Shown here: in pieces, positions 8,442 through 18,583 of the stretch
Layout of the letters: the number at the start of each line of letters is the position of its first letter
Position numbering within the stretch: position 1 is the stretch's first letter
Assembly: GCA_963762565.1 (NCBI GenBank)
Contig: CAVXLD010000013.1
Span: 64,001 to 128,000 of the forward strand
Direction of reading: 5' to 3'
Source: an uncultured Verrucomicrobiae bacterium
GTDB taxonomy: Bacteria > Verrucomicrobiota > Verrucomicrobiia > Chthoniobacterales > JAFAMB01
Length of the DNA: 64,000 nucleotides
Made by a program: the position numbers and the translations under genes
Notes under the pieces: generated by a model
What the model was told of the DNA's origin: nothing
Databases searched by the model: none
What the model saw: the letters and a program-made list of their open reading frames with translations, nothing else

Positions 8442-10700
8442 TCAGAGATCGTCTGCCGTAGATCTTGCCAGGCTTTGGGACGGGACCATCAATTTATCGA
8501 GCGTGATTGGAAAATCGCGCACCCGCTGTCCGGTCGCGTTATACACCGCGTTAGCAATGGCAGCGGGGATCCCGGTGACACCTATTTCGCCGGCTCCACG
8601 AGCTCCAATCGGGTTGAAAATCGTGTCCGGTTTACCGATAAAATTGACATCGATATAGGGGACATCGGCGTTAGTAGCGACCAAATAGTCCGCAAAATTA
8701 CCGTTGGCATAACGTCCAGTCGCCTCCTCTAGTTGGGAGCCTTCCAACAGCGCCATGCCAATACCGAAAACAATCCCGCCGATCACTTGACCACGTGCCG
8801 TCTTAGGATTTACCACCGTGCCAACATCCATGACCGTGGTCACTCGCTTGACTCGTATCTCGAAGGTCCACCGATTGACGGCGACTTCACAGAACTGCGC
8901 TCCAAACGAGTAAAACGCGTATTTTTCTTGCTCGTCGCCAGGAGCAGTCGTTTCCGTTGCTTCCACTGACCCACGCCCAATGGTATTCAAAACCGTACCA
9001 AAGTCTTCCCGCCTTCCTCCTCCAACAAGTTGCCCGTTCTCGTAAGAGACATCGGTCATTCCGCTGAAAGGCGATTTTTTGTCCCGAATCGCGAGCTGTA
9101 TCAGGTTGGCTTTAGCCGATTCGGCAGCTTTCTGGATGGCTGGACTAACACTAGCGGTGGACTGGGAACCGCCGGCAACCGGAGCGGGGGGAAGAGCCGA
9201 GTCACCGATAGCAGGTCGAACGCGCTCGATCGGCAAGCCCAGACTCTGCGCGCCGACAATCGCTACTACCGTCCACATCCCTGTCCCGAGGTCCTCGGTC
9301 GCCAAGGACACTTGTGCGGTTCCATCCGCTTGCAGCCTCACCTTGGCCGATGATCTATTACGGTGACCCGGATAAACTGCCGTTGCCATTCCCATTCCTA
9401 CCAGCCAATCACCGACTATGACTGAACCGGGCTTAGGGTTTCGCTTGGACCAGCCGAATCTGTCGGCTCCAAGCTGATAACATTCGGCGAGGGTTTTCGA
9501 TGAATACGGAACGTTCCTTCCTGGATAAACCTCGGCGTAATTTCTCATTCGCAGTTCGATCGGGTCGATGGCCAACTTTACCGCCAGCTCGTCCATGGCA
9601 CATTCCAAGGCAAACATGCCCGGGCTTTCGCCGGGTGCTCGCATCGAGGTAGGCGCGCCGACATTCAGTGGCACCAGTGTCTGGCTCACTCGGATGTTCG
9701 GCGACTTGTAGAGGAAACGTGAAGTGCGTTGGGCAGCGGCTTCGACGTACACACCAGCAAACCCCACGGTTGAATGCACATCATGTTTAACGGCTTTGAG
9801 AACCCCGTCCAGGTCGGCAGCCAGGCAAACCTTCTGAATTAGGGCGGGACGATGGCCGGTCAACGTGAACATCTGTTCGCGGGTCAGAATCGTCTTGAGC
9901 GGCCGTTTAAGCGCGCGCGCAGCTGCCGCGGTAAGTGGTGAATGCGTCCATACGGCCTGTTTACTACCAAACCCGCCGCCGATAAATGGACAGATAACGC
10001 GTACGTCATCCTCATTCACCCCCAGGATCGCCGCCACATTCCGTTGCTGCCCCGGCACAAATTGAGTCGCATCATAGGTCGTTAACCGATCACCATCCCA
10101 AACCGCGGTAGTCGCCTGAGTCTCCATCGGATTGTGATGATAGATTGGCTCGGTATAGGTTGCGTCCAGTACAACATCGGCTCCTACAATAACGTCATCG
10201 ATCGACGAGACCCCTTCGGCCAGAATTGCAACCGTGGGTGGCTGTCCGTCCACTGCCGCTGGAGGAAATGCGTGGGGCAGTCCGGCCTCCCAACTCGCCA
10301 CCGGTTGTTCCTCTTGGTACTCCACCTTTACGCGAGCCGCGGCATCGCGGGCTTGCTCGAATGAATCCGCAACTACCAAGGCAATGATCTGACCATAGTA
10401 ACAAATTTTGGCGTTCTGCAGTGGCGGATTAATTTCGCCACTGTTAGCTCCCTCCGCTTGAGTTAGACCATCATAGAGCTTTAGTGAATTAAATGGTGTG
10501 TACACTGCCACGACCCCAGGAGAATTCTCCGCCTCAGAAACGTCCATCGCCCGGATCTTCCCCCGCGCGATCGTGCTGGTTACCAGATAGCCATAGGCAA
10601 TGTTTTCGATCGGTTGATCGCCCGAATACCGCAGGGCTCCGGTAACCTTCAATCGACCTTCCAGCCGATCGTGCGGCTTACCTAATACGTCTGCATTCAT
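8442..10700 (-). CDS. PaoC/YagR-like aldehyde oxidoreductase molybdopterin subunit
   Basis: KVTGALRY, HHNPME, GGGFGSK, MRAPGE, AGGS, GARGAGEIG. Confidence 0.9.
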   Translation of the reverse strand: MNADVLGKPHDRLEGRLKVTGALRYSGDQPIENIAYGYLVTSTIARGKIRAMDVSEAENSPGVVAVYTPFNSLKLYDGLTQAEGANSGEINPPLQNAKICYYGQIIALVVADSFEQARDAAARVKVEYQEEQPVASWEAGLPHAFPPAAVDGQPPTVAILAEGVSSIDDVIVGADVVLDATYTEPIYHHNPMETQATTAVWDGDRLTTYDATQFVPGQQRNVAAILGVNEDDVRVICPFIGGGFGSKQAVWTHSPLTAAAARALKRPLKTILTREQMFTLTGHRPALIQKVCLAADLDGVLKAVKHDVHSTVGFAGVYVEAAAQRTSRFLYKSPNIRVSQTLVPLNVGAPTSMRAPGESPGMFALECAMDELAVKLAIDPIELRMRNYAEVYPGRNVPYSSKTLAECYQLGADRFGWSKRNPKPGSVIVGDWLVGMGMATAVYPGHRNRSSAKVRLQADGTAQVSLATEDLGTGMWTVVAIVGAQSLGLPIERVRPAIGDSALPPAPVAGGSQSTASVSPAIQKAAESAKANLIQLAIRDKKSPFSGMTDVSYENGQLVGGGRREDFGTVLNTIGRGSVEATETTAPGDEQEKYAFYSFGAQFCEVAVNRWTFEIRVKRVTTVMDVGTVVNPKTARGQVIGGIVFGIGMALLEGSQLEEATGRYANGNFADYLVATNADVPYIDVNFIGKPDTIFNPIGARGAGEIGVTGIPAAIANAVYNATGQRVRDFPITLDKLMVPSQSLARSTADDL

Positions 10701-11674
10701 GCCAAGCTCTCCAAGTTGATCAGCGCGCGCACAATGGTCCTCTGAACCAACTCGACTTTAAATGCGTTGTGCCGCAACGGCTGGGCGCCCTCAGTCGCGA
10801 GCTTTGCCGCCGTTTCGAACGTTTGTTGGTTCATTGGCTTACCGATTAACGCGTCCCGGACCTGGGGAAGATTCCACGGTTTTGTTCCCACCCCGCCAAC
10901 GGCGACTCGGGCATCTCGAATATTGTCTCCGTCTACATCGAGGGCGGCAGCCACGGAAGCGAGCGCAAACTCGTACGATTCACGGTCGCGAATCTTCAAG
11001 TAGATCGACCTTTGTGCCCATGGCAATCTGGGGACTCGAATCTCCGTGATCAACTCGCCCGGGTTGAGTTGATTCTCTTTTTCCGGCGTCTCGCCGGGAA
11101 CGCGATAGAAATCATCCAGTTTCAGGACTCGATCGCCGTTCCGACTCTGTAGGAGAATGGATGCATCGAGAGCGACTAAGGCCACCGCTAAATCGCTCGG
11201 ATGCGTAGCGACACAGAATGAGCTCGTACCAAGGATCGCGTATGACCGGTTCCATCCGTCGATGGCGGGACAACCGCTTCCCGGCTGACGCTTATTACAG
11301 GGTGTACTCACATCCCGGAAATATCCGCATCGAGTCCGTTGCATGAGATTTCCTCCCATGCTTGCCATGTTGCGAATCTGGGCTGATGCGCTTTTAAGCA
11401 AGGCTTGAGAAATGACCGGATATTTGGCTATTACCTCCGGGTGTTCCGCCACATCGCTCATCTTTTCCAGCGCACCGATGCGAAGGCCATCTGCGGTTAA
11501 CCCGATTCCGGACATTGGCAGTCCATTGATGTCCATCAATTGTGAAGGCGTCATTACCTCGAGCTTCATCAGATCTATCAGCGTGGTGCCACCGGCAACA
11601 AACTCAGTATCCTGACTGAAATCAGAGTTAACTTTTCGGATGCTGGAAGGGACCTGGTAAATGAAAGGTCGCAT
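10697..11674 (-). CDS. PaoB/YagS-like FAD-binding subunit with 4Fe-4S cysteines
   Basis: AGGTTLIDLMK, QIRNMASMGGNLMQRTRCGYFRD, CNKR.PGSGC, KIRDRESYEFA. Confidence 0.92.
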   Translation of the reverse strand: MRPFIYQVPSSIRKVNSDFSQDTEFVAGGTTLIDLMKLEVMTPSQLMDINGLPMSGIGLTADGLRIGALEKMSDVAEHPEVIAKYPVISQALLKSASAQIRNMASMGGNLMQRTRCGYFRDVSTPCNKRQPGSGCPAIDGWNRSYAILGTSSFCVATHPSDLAVALVALDASILLQSRNGDRVLKLDDFYRVPGETPEKENQLNPGELITEIRVPRLPWAQRSIYLKIRDRESYEFALASVAAALDVDGDNIRDARVAVGGVGTKPWNLPQVRDALIGKPMNQQTFETAAKLATEGAQPLRHNAFKVELVQRTIVRALINLESLA

Positions 11675-11676
11675 GG

Positions 11677-12354
11677 TTATCCTCCCGACTGCATCTGCCG
11701 TGCTGCCATTTTGATCGCATCAATGATGTTTGGATAGGCACCACATCGGCATAGATTTCCTGACATAAATTCTTGAATCTCTGCGTCAGACCCGATGTGG
11801 CCTTCGTTAATACAGCCAACGGCGGACATGATTTGACCTGAGGTGCAATAGCCGCATTGAAAACCGTCACAACTGATAAACGCGGCTTGCACCGGATGTA
11901 ACTCATCGCCTTTGGCTAAGCCCTCAACCGTCGTCACCTCTTTGCCTTGCGCCATCACCGCCAGAGTCAAACAAGAGAGCACTCGTCTTCCGTTGATATG
12001 AACCGTACAAGCGCCGCAGGCGCCGCGATCACAACCTTTCTTTGTCCCGGTCAAATCCAAACGATCGCGGATGGCGTCCAGTAAGGTAACTCGCGGATCT
12101 ACCTTAAGCTCTTGGGGACGGCCATTCAGTCTGAGACTGATCTCTACCAAGCTCCCCTCCTGGTCCTGCCCTGGAGACTGTCCCTCGAAAGCAGTTCCCT
12201 CGGCAGTAGCGGAGCGTACCAGTGGTGCTGCTACGGTTATGCCGGCTGATAGGGCCGCAAGACGACTGATAAATTGCCTGCGAGATGAACCAGGCTGGCC
12301 TTCTGTCTCAGGGACCGGCCTTGCTTCTGACGCATCGTTAGAGTGTCGATTCAT
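11677..12354 (-). CDS. PaoA/YagT-like 2Fe-2S subunit with Tat signal
   Basis: SRRQFI twin-arginine motif; GTKKGCDRGACGACT; QCGYCTSGQ; GNLCRCGAY. Confidence 0.92.
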   Translation of the reverse strand: MNRHSNDASEARPVPETEGQPGSSRRQFISRLAALSAGITVAAPLVRSATAEGTAFEGQSPGQDQEGSLVEISLRLNGRPQELKVDPRVTLLDAIRDRLDLTGTKKGCDRGACGACTVHINGRRVLSCLTLAVMAQGKEVTTVEGLAKGDELHPVQAAFISCDGFQCGYCTSGQIMSAVGCINEGHIGSDAEIQEFMSGNLCRCGAYPNIIDAIKMAARQMQSGG

Positions 12355-12567
12355 GCGTTTGGTTCCGCCATAGCTCGCACATTGCTCTAACTGGTTCTAT
12401 CGCCAGAAAGGGCGCTTCTTGGTGACTCGAAAGAGTTAGGCAGAGGGTTGCCTCCTTTGTCCCAATGAGCAGTTACCGATCACCCTTGTGAGTACTTGTG
12501 GCAATTGGTGAGCAACCGAAAGTTTAGTTACAGCCCAAAGGCAAAAGAAAGAAACTGAAAAAGGATT

Positions 12568-13066
12568 ATGAATATGAACACGGACTATTCCGAACTAAAC
12601 GTCACCACCATTTCTTCTATGGAACTCCGGACCGCGCAAGGAGTCGACTTGGAACTTATCCCGCGCGGCACATTTGCGGGCACAATTTATAGCTTTGGTT
12701 TGCTCGATAATGGTCTACTGACGGCGGCTGATACCGGTGCACAGGGCGGCGGCCAGAACTGAAAATCCGGGAATTATTAAACGAGTTAAAACGGTTCGCC
12801 GAATTGGACGTCCTGCGAGGGGTCTTGCTCATGATGATGAGGCTCAACGCGGCGCCATCAGCGTCGAACTCGGCGTTTGGGTCGGCAGCGGTGTACTCGC
12901 GATTCTGGGCCTAGTGCAGGCCGTTCACAGTACCCAACCCTTCCTTTGGCTGGCAGTTTGGCCAGCTCCGGTTGGGCTCGTCTGCACGATCTTTATCTTT
13001 TTGCGTCAGGGATTTCATTTCCGGAATGGGGTGCTGGTCCTCGGCCGGCGAACTGCTAACAAATAA
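12568..13066 (+). pseudogene. Probable frameshifted hypothetical membrane protein (two overlapping ORFs)
   Basis: RBS aaagga precedes ATG 12568; that ORF stops at 12762 while an overlapping frame continues into two hydrophobic helices ending at 13066. Confidence 0.4.
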
Positions 13067-13321
13067 TCTCACGCAAAGACGCAAAGGCGCCAAGGAGGAA
13101 TCGTGAGAAGTGACACCTGAAGTCATGCGGCCGCGTGTGTGCGCCCGTGCCACGCCGTTGGAACGCGACTAAGTCCGACAATCGGCTTTCGCGAAGAAAG
13201 GCAAACTGATGAGATCTACCCGTCGATCGATTAGACGATCTACCAATGCGCTTTCATTGGAACATCGCTCGCTCGGGTAATTGATAAGCGCTCGTTCCGC
13301 TAATAGCGAAGCGGCCTAACT

Positions 13322-13339
13322 TGCAAGTAAGTACATGCA
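13322..13339. promoter_or_regulatory. Probable TetR operator (imperfect palindrome)
   Basis: TGCAAGTA-AG-TACATGCA with one mismatch, directly upstream of the TetR gene. Confidence 0.55.
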
Positions 13340-13368
13340 TGAGCTCGTTAGGGTTTAAATCGAAGCCC

Positions 13369-13986
13369 ATGCAAATCGCAGGCGGACCCGCAGATTTAAC
13401 CAGAAAGCGGATTCTGGCAGCGGCTGAATTGGTTTTTTCAAGAGACGGTTTCCAGGGAGCCACGACTCGGGAAATTGCCAGACAGGCCGGCGTCAATGAG
13501 GTAACCCTTTTTCGTCATTTTCGCACCCGGGAAGAGCTGCTCCGGGCAACCTTGGATCAAGGATGCGCGACCTTCGAAGCGCTGGTTGGGCAGTCAGACG
13601 AAGTCTGGAAAGACCGGCTGCTTGAACGTCTAGAGCATTTTGTTCGTGAGATGTATTCTGTGGTCAGGCAACGAGAAGCTCTCGTGCGCGCCTTTGCTAG
13701 TGAAGCCCGAATCTTGCCTGCATCGATCCGCGGCGCACTCCAGGAATTCATGGAGCAGAGAAAGGCTCGCTTGGTTGCCAGGCTAAAGCAGGCCCAGGAG
13801 GTGGGCCTGGTTCGGAAGGATGTTGATCTCTCGGCGGCAAGTGATCTTATCCGCGACTCGATCCACAGCGCCATCCTTCGGCATACAGCATATAACACCG
13901 ATGCCGAAGCGGTCGACGCCCATTTGCGGGGTGTGACCGATATCTTTTACCACGGAATTAAAGCCAACCAAGGAAGGGATTACTAA
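13369..13986 (+). CDS. TetR/AcrR family regulator (start may be 13339)
   Basis: RILAAAELVF...GFQGATTREIARQAGVNEVTLFRHF HTH. Confidence 0.92.
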   Translation: MQIAGGPADLTRKRILAAAELVFSRDGFQGATTREIARQAGVNEVTLFRHFRTREELLRATLDQGCATFEALVGQSDEVWKDRLLERLEHFVREMYSVVRQREALVRAFASEARILPASIRGALQEFMEQRKARLVARLKQAQEVGLVRKDVDLSAASDLIRDSIHSAILRHTAYNTDAEAVDAHLRGVTDIFYHGIKANQGRDY

Positions 13987-13988
13987 CC

Positions 13989-15254
13989 ATGGCACGCACA
14001 CTAGAGAGCGACTTACTGGAGAGGGGCCACCATGCGTCCGCAGATTGGCGAACCAGCAGGCGAAAAGCATCGCCACGTGAACGGCTGGGAAAACGCTTTG
14101 TCCCAACACTTGTCGGAATCGGTCTGGTTCCGGTTTTGGCTATCGCCGGACTTTATTTCTTTGCCCAGGCAATGAGCAATGAGTCAACCGACGACGCTTT
14201 CATTGATGCTCACACGGTCGATGTTGCGCCGAAGATCGCCGGAAGAATCGAGAAGGTGTTTATTGACGACAACTGGCGAGTGAAAAAAGGGGATCCGATC
14301 GTCGAGATTGACCCGCGGGATTATGACGCCCAGCTGAGACAGAAACAGGCGGCGTTGGACAGCACCAAGGCGCAGGCCAGTTCTGCTCAAGCGGCAGTGG
14401 AGCAGCAGATGGCAAACGTTCAGAGCTTACAAGCAACGCTCGATCAAGATAAAGCAGACCAGCAAGCCTATCAGGCTCAGGCAGACCAAACCGCGGACAA
14501 TCTGCACCGGCAACAGGACCTTTATAACACTCGCGTTGTCTCCGTCCAGGACTTGATTACGGCCAAGGACTCGGATCGTTCGGCCCAGGCAAATCTGGAT
14601 GCGGCAAAAATGAAGGTAGTCTCAGCCGAAGCACAGTTAGTCGAAGGACAGGCTGAGGTTCGTACCTATGAAGCGCTTTTGCAATACGTCCTCGCTCAGG
14701 TCAAAGCCAACCAAGCTAACACCGAAGCCGCTCAGCTAAACGATTCGTATACGAAAGTGTTTGCGCCCGAGTCTGGCCGGGTAACTAACAAGTCGGTCGA
14801 ACCTGGCGACTATGTTCAAGTCGGTCAAAACCTGCTAGCCCTGGTTCCTACAGACATTTGGGTTATAGCGAATTTCAAGGAGAACCAGATTCGGCTGATG
14901 CGGCCGGGTCAGCCTGTGGAAATCGAAGTGGATGCGCTTGGCGGAACCTTCAAGGGTCATGTCGACAGCATTCAAGCCGGTAGCGGTGCTGCCTTCAGCC
15001 TTTTGCCGCCAGAAAACGCCACCGGGAACTATGTGAAAGTGGTTCAGCGGGTCCCAGTGAAAATCCGCTTCAACTCGATTCCCGATGTGGGCCTGCCGCT
15101 CGGGCCAGGTGAGTCGATTGTTCCGACGGTCAAAGTGCAGGATTTTCATTATTCGGCAGCGCAATTGCTGATCGTAGCCGCATTGATCGGCGCGGCAATT
15201 CTCGGCGTACTTTGGTGGGGAACCAGGCCGCCCAAAGCCAAGAAGGGCGCTTAA
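13989..15254 (+). CDS. EmrA/HlyD family efflux membrane fusion protein
   Basis: STDDAFI, ANFKENQI..MRPGQ, SLLPPENATGNYVKVVQRVPVKI; extra C-terminal TM helix. Confidence 0.92.
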   Translation: MARTLESDLLERGHHASADWRTSRRKASPRERLGKRFVPTLVGIGLVPVLAIAGLYFFAQAMSNESTDDAFIDAHTVDVAPKIAGRIEKVFIDDNWRVKKGDPIVEIDPRDYDAQLRQKQAALDSTKAQASSAQAAVEQQMANVQSLQATLDQDKADQQAYQAQADQTADNLHRQQDLYNTRVVSVQDLITAKDSDRSAQANLDAAKMKVVSAEAQLVEGQAEVRTYEALLQYVLAQVKANQANTEAAQLNDSYTKVFAPESGRVTNKSVEPGDYVQVGQNLLALVPTDIWVIANFKENQIRLMRPGQPVEIEVDALGGTFKGHVDSIQAGSGAAFSLLPPENATGNYVKVVQRVPVKIRFNSIPDVGLPLGPGESIVPTVKVQDFHYSAAQLLIVAALIGAAILGVLWWGTRPPKAKKGA

Positions 15255-15259
15255 ATAGA

Positions 15260-16834
15260 ATGGCCGGTCAAACTAAGACGGAGCAGCCATGGAAACCTGC
15301 TGTTAATCCCTGGTTGATAGCGGCGTCCGTGATGTTAGCCACCTTCATGGAGGTGCTTGATACCTCCGTAGCCAACGTCTCGTTAAATTACATCGCTGGA
15401 AGCCTCGCGGTAAGTAACGATGAAGCGACCTGGGTCCTTACCAGCTATCTGGTTTCTAACGCAGTCGTTTTGCCTGCTTCCGGCTGGCTCAGCCGGACCT
15501 TCGGCCGGAAACGTTTTCTGATCACTTGTATCGCGATCTTTACCGTGGCATCGGTGCTCTGCGGAGTGGCTAACAGCTTAGGGGCCCTGGTTCTAGCCCG
15601 AATTCTGCAAGGAGCCGGCGGAGGCGCTCTTCAACCCGTAGCTCAAGCGATCATGCTGGAAACGTTCCCGCGGGAGAAACGGGGAGTCGCGATGTCGGTT
15701 TACGCCATGGGGGTGGTGGTGGCTCCAATCCTGGGACCTACCCTCGGGGGATGGCTTACCGACAATTACTCTTGGCGTTGGGTTTTTTACATCAATCTTC
15801 CGATTGGTATTCTAGCGATCTTGATGTGTATTCGGTTCCTTGAGGACCCTCCCTACCTGAAGAACTTGAAAGCCGGAAGAATTGACTTCTGGGGAATCGG
15901 TTTCCTGGCCTTGTGGATTGGCTGCTTGCAAGTCATGCTCGACAAAGGTCAAGATGACGATTGGTTCTCGTCGCATTTTATTCGTTGGTTGGCGGTATTC
16001 GCAGTTGTTGGTTTCATCCTTTTCCTTGCGCGGGAACTACAAACTCCCAATCCGATAGTTAACTTGCGCGTTTTGAAAGACCGAAACCTGGCAATCGGCG
16101 TTATCTTGAACTTAAGCGTCGGCGCGGTCCTCTACGCTACCACCGCAGTAATTCCGCAGTTTTTACAACTTTTGCTTGGATATACCTCCTACGAAGCCGG
16201 CCTGGTGATGAGCCCGAGAGGCATCGGGGCCGTCATCGGGAGCATCGTTGCCGGTCGCGTGCTTTTGAAGCTGGACGGGCGGCTCTGGATGGCGCAAGGA
16301 GCAGTCGTGTTGGGTCTAACCATGTTCCTTTTGGGCGGGATCGATCTAGACATTTCTCCGGCCAACCTTATCTGGCCCATCATTATTAGCGGATTCGCTC
16401 TTACCTCGCTTTTTGTGCCGATGAGCACCTTTTCGGTGACAACCATGAAGCGTGAAAACATGGGGGACGCAGCCGGCCTAACGAGTCTGGCAAGGAACCT
16501 CGGTGGATCTGTAGGGATATCGTCGATCACGGCGCTGGTGACGCGCAGCACCCAAGTACACCAGGACCTGATGGTCGGACATTTCTCCCGGTTTGCCGCG
16601 CCGTTCCGGCATCAACTCGCTACCCTACAGACCTCACTCGCTGCGGAATCGGGTCAAGCTGCTCACTCGCAAGCTTACGGCGTTTTGTACCAAACTCTTC
16701 AACAGCAGGCAGGCTTGTGGGCCTACGTCGAACAGTTTCGCCTGCTGGCGCTGATCTGCTTAGCGCTCGTGCCGATTATCTTCCTGTTCAGGAAGGCGAA
16801 GGCGGTACCGGAGGCAGAGGCGATGGCGCACTGA
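15260..16834 (+). CDS. EmrB/QacA DHA2 MFS efflux permease
   Basis: MLATFMEVLDTSVANV, WVLTSYLVSNA, RILQGAGGG, WRWVFYINLPIG, RNLGGSVG. Confidence 0.93.
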   Translation: MAGQTKTEQPWKPAVNPWLIAASVMLATFMEVLDTSVANVSLNYIAGSLAVSNDEATWVLTSYLVSNAVVLPASGWLSRTFGRKRFLITCIAIFTVASVLCGVANSLGALVLARILQGAGGGALQPVAQAIMLETFPREKRGVAMSVYAMGVVVAPILGPTLGGWLTDNYSWRWVFYINLPIGILAILMCIRFLEDPPYLKNLKAGRIDFWGIGFLALWIGCLQVMLDKGQDDDWFSSHFIRWLAVFAVVGFILFLARELQTPNPIVNLRVLKDRNLAIGVILNLSVGAVLYATTAVIPQFLQLLLGYTSYEAGLVMSPRGIGAVIGSIVAGRVLLKLDGRLWMAQGAVVLGLTMFLLGGIDLDISPANLIWPIIISGFALTSLFVPMSTFSVTTMKRENMGDAAGLTSLARNLGGSVGISSITALVTRSTQVHQDLMVGHFSRFAAPFRHQLATLQTSLAAESGQAAHSQAYGVLYQTLQQQAGLWAYVEQFRLLALICLALVPIIFLFRKAKAVPEAEAMAH

Positions 16835-16997
16835 TTTTCGAGGAGTTCAGGAGTGCAAGGAGTACAAGGAGTTCGAACGAGCGCGAGCCAATAAGAAATG
16901 ATCGGGCAAGCGTTTCTAGCATAGTGAGCGAGGCTGCGTCCTATATAGTCCGGTAGCTGCCCATAAGCCCCTTCGAAGCAAAGAAAAAAAGAGCAAG

Positions 16998-17338
16998 ATG
17001 GAAGGACAGAAGACTGCACTAGTGACCGGAGCAGCCTCAGGTATTGGGGCTGCTGTCGCTGAAAGATTCCTAAGCGCAGGCTATCAGGTGGCCTTTTTTG
17101 ACATTGATGGCCAAGCCGCTCGCGCCACCGCTTCCCGGATTACCTTCGCGGCGAGGAGGGTGGTATTGGAAGGCGATGTATCAAACGAGCAACAGGTGAA
17201 GGAGGCTGTGACTCGGACAGTGACTGATTAAGGGTCTTTCGAACGTTTTAATTAATAACGCCGGGATCGAGATTCACGGAACGGTGGTGGATTTGTCGAC
17301 GGAGCAGTGGGAACGCCAGGTAGCTGTCAATCTCAGAG
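16998..17338 (+). pseudogene. Short-chain dehydrogenase/reductase pseudogene
   Basis: TGAASGIG Rossmann motif; in-frame stop at 17229-17231; a shifted frame then reads LINNAGIEIHG...QWERQVAVNLR and breaks off. Confidence 0.8.
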
Positions 17339-17352
17339 TAAACCCGGCGACT

Positions 17353-17595
17353 TCACCTTCCCCGACTGCCGCAACGATTCTCTGACCCAGGGCTGACGAA
17401 TCTGAATTTCCACCGTGGATGGTGGGGAAACTTGCCGATTGCTTCCTCAGCTGATTCTGCAGTGGAGACGCTGAAACCTGCTAAGGAGGAGAGCGAAATA
17501 AGTCCACCGGCGCCAGCAGCGCGCCGAAGCGCTTGGCGTCGCGAAACGCCGCCGGAAGAGTTGCTCATGCCTGAGGGTAGGCTGATTCTTTTCAT
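17353..17595 (-). pseudogene. N-terminal fragment of a Tat-signal sugar ABC substrate-binding protein
   Basis: SRRQALRR signal, then GKFPHHPRWKFRFV resembling the start of periplasmic sugar-binding proteins; breaks off next to the SDR remnant. Confidence 0.5.
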
Positions 17596-17838
17596 ACGCG
17601 CTAAATCAACACCCGCTGCCAGGGTTAGGAAGTATTATCGTTCTCTTATTCAGAAGTTAATCGAGCAGTCGAAGCCTCCTGACCTAGTCGATTCACTAGC
17701 CAGACGATGGAAGAACCGGCCCTAATTCGAACGAGTAATCGAGAGCTACCCGTTCGATCAATAGCGTCAGATTGCTTATACAAATATAATATCGCTAGGT
17801 AGGAGCTTCTTAGTTCCTTTTTTGCAAAATTAGCTATT

Positions 17839-18063
17839 ATGAAAAATCCACTAGCGATCATGAAGAAAAGCTCAATGCGAGTAATGTTAACCGTGCCGGT
17901 GATTGGTTTCCTAGCATTTACTGGATGTTCCAGCATCGACGGTACCGCCACCCGCAATCAAGCCAGCAAAACCGGGCTGAACGCGGCGTTTGTCCAACCG
18001 GAAGCGCAGAAGGCTACTGCTCAGGATGATGATCAGAACCCGGGCTACGAATGGTTCTATTAA
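17839..18063 (+). CDS. Small putative lipoprotein
   Basis: Basic N-region, hydrophobic stretch, lipobox-like FTGC; AT-rich upstream region. Confidence 0.6.
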   Translation: MKNPLAIMKKSSMRVMLTVPVIGFLAFTGCSSIDGTATRNQASKTGLNAAFVQPEAQKATAQDDDQNPGYEWFY

Positions 18064-18373
18064 TTTCGATCAGGTCGCGCTTTGGTCCGTTCGCCTACAA
18101 TGAAAAGCGCGGCCTGTTTCTGGATGGACTATCAAAAAGGAGATTTATCCATGAACGATACGGAAATTCAGGAAGTGCCATTCAAGCAAGAGCTATACTA
18201 GGAGCTGGAATTTAGGAGTGCTGGAGTTCAAAGAAATAATCCAAGCAGATAACTGCGACAACCGAGACGAGGACGGCGGGAATCCACCGGCGCCGCACAC
18301 CAAACGATCACCGTCATGTACAGGAGGCCTGCTAGCGCGCCCCGAACATTGAGCTGAAAGCAAACGAGGGTCA

Positions 18374-18580
18374 TTAAGGCCAGGCCAGCACTGCCATGTG
18401 CTGTGGAACACCGGGCGTCGTGTGCAAGGCAATCGCAGTCCAGACGATCTCGATATCGTGTTGAGCGATCCCATGGCGACGAAGCAAATTGCTAGCAGCA
18501 TTCGCACTACTATCAACTTCGAACGGCTCATGGAGGCTGCTGTGTTGACGGGTTAGGCCCATGTCGTGAAACATCGCGCC
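18374..18580 (-). pseudogene. Internal fragment of an HD-domain protein
   Basis: FHDMGLT...FEVDSANAA..LL..HG......VWTAIALHTTPG; N-terminus absent (abuts the upstream stop codon). Confidence 0.7.
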
Positions 18581-18583
18581 AGA

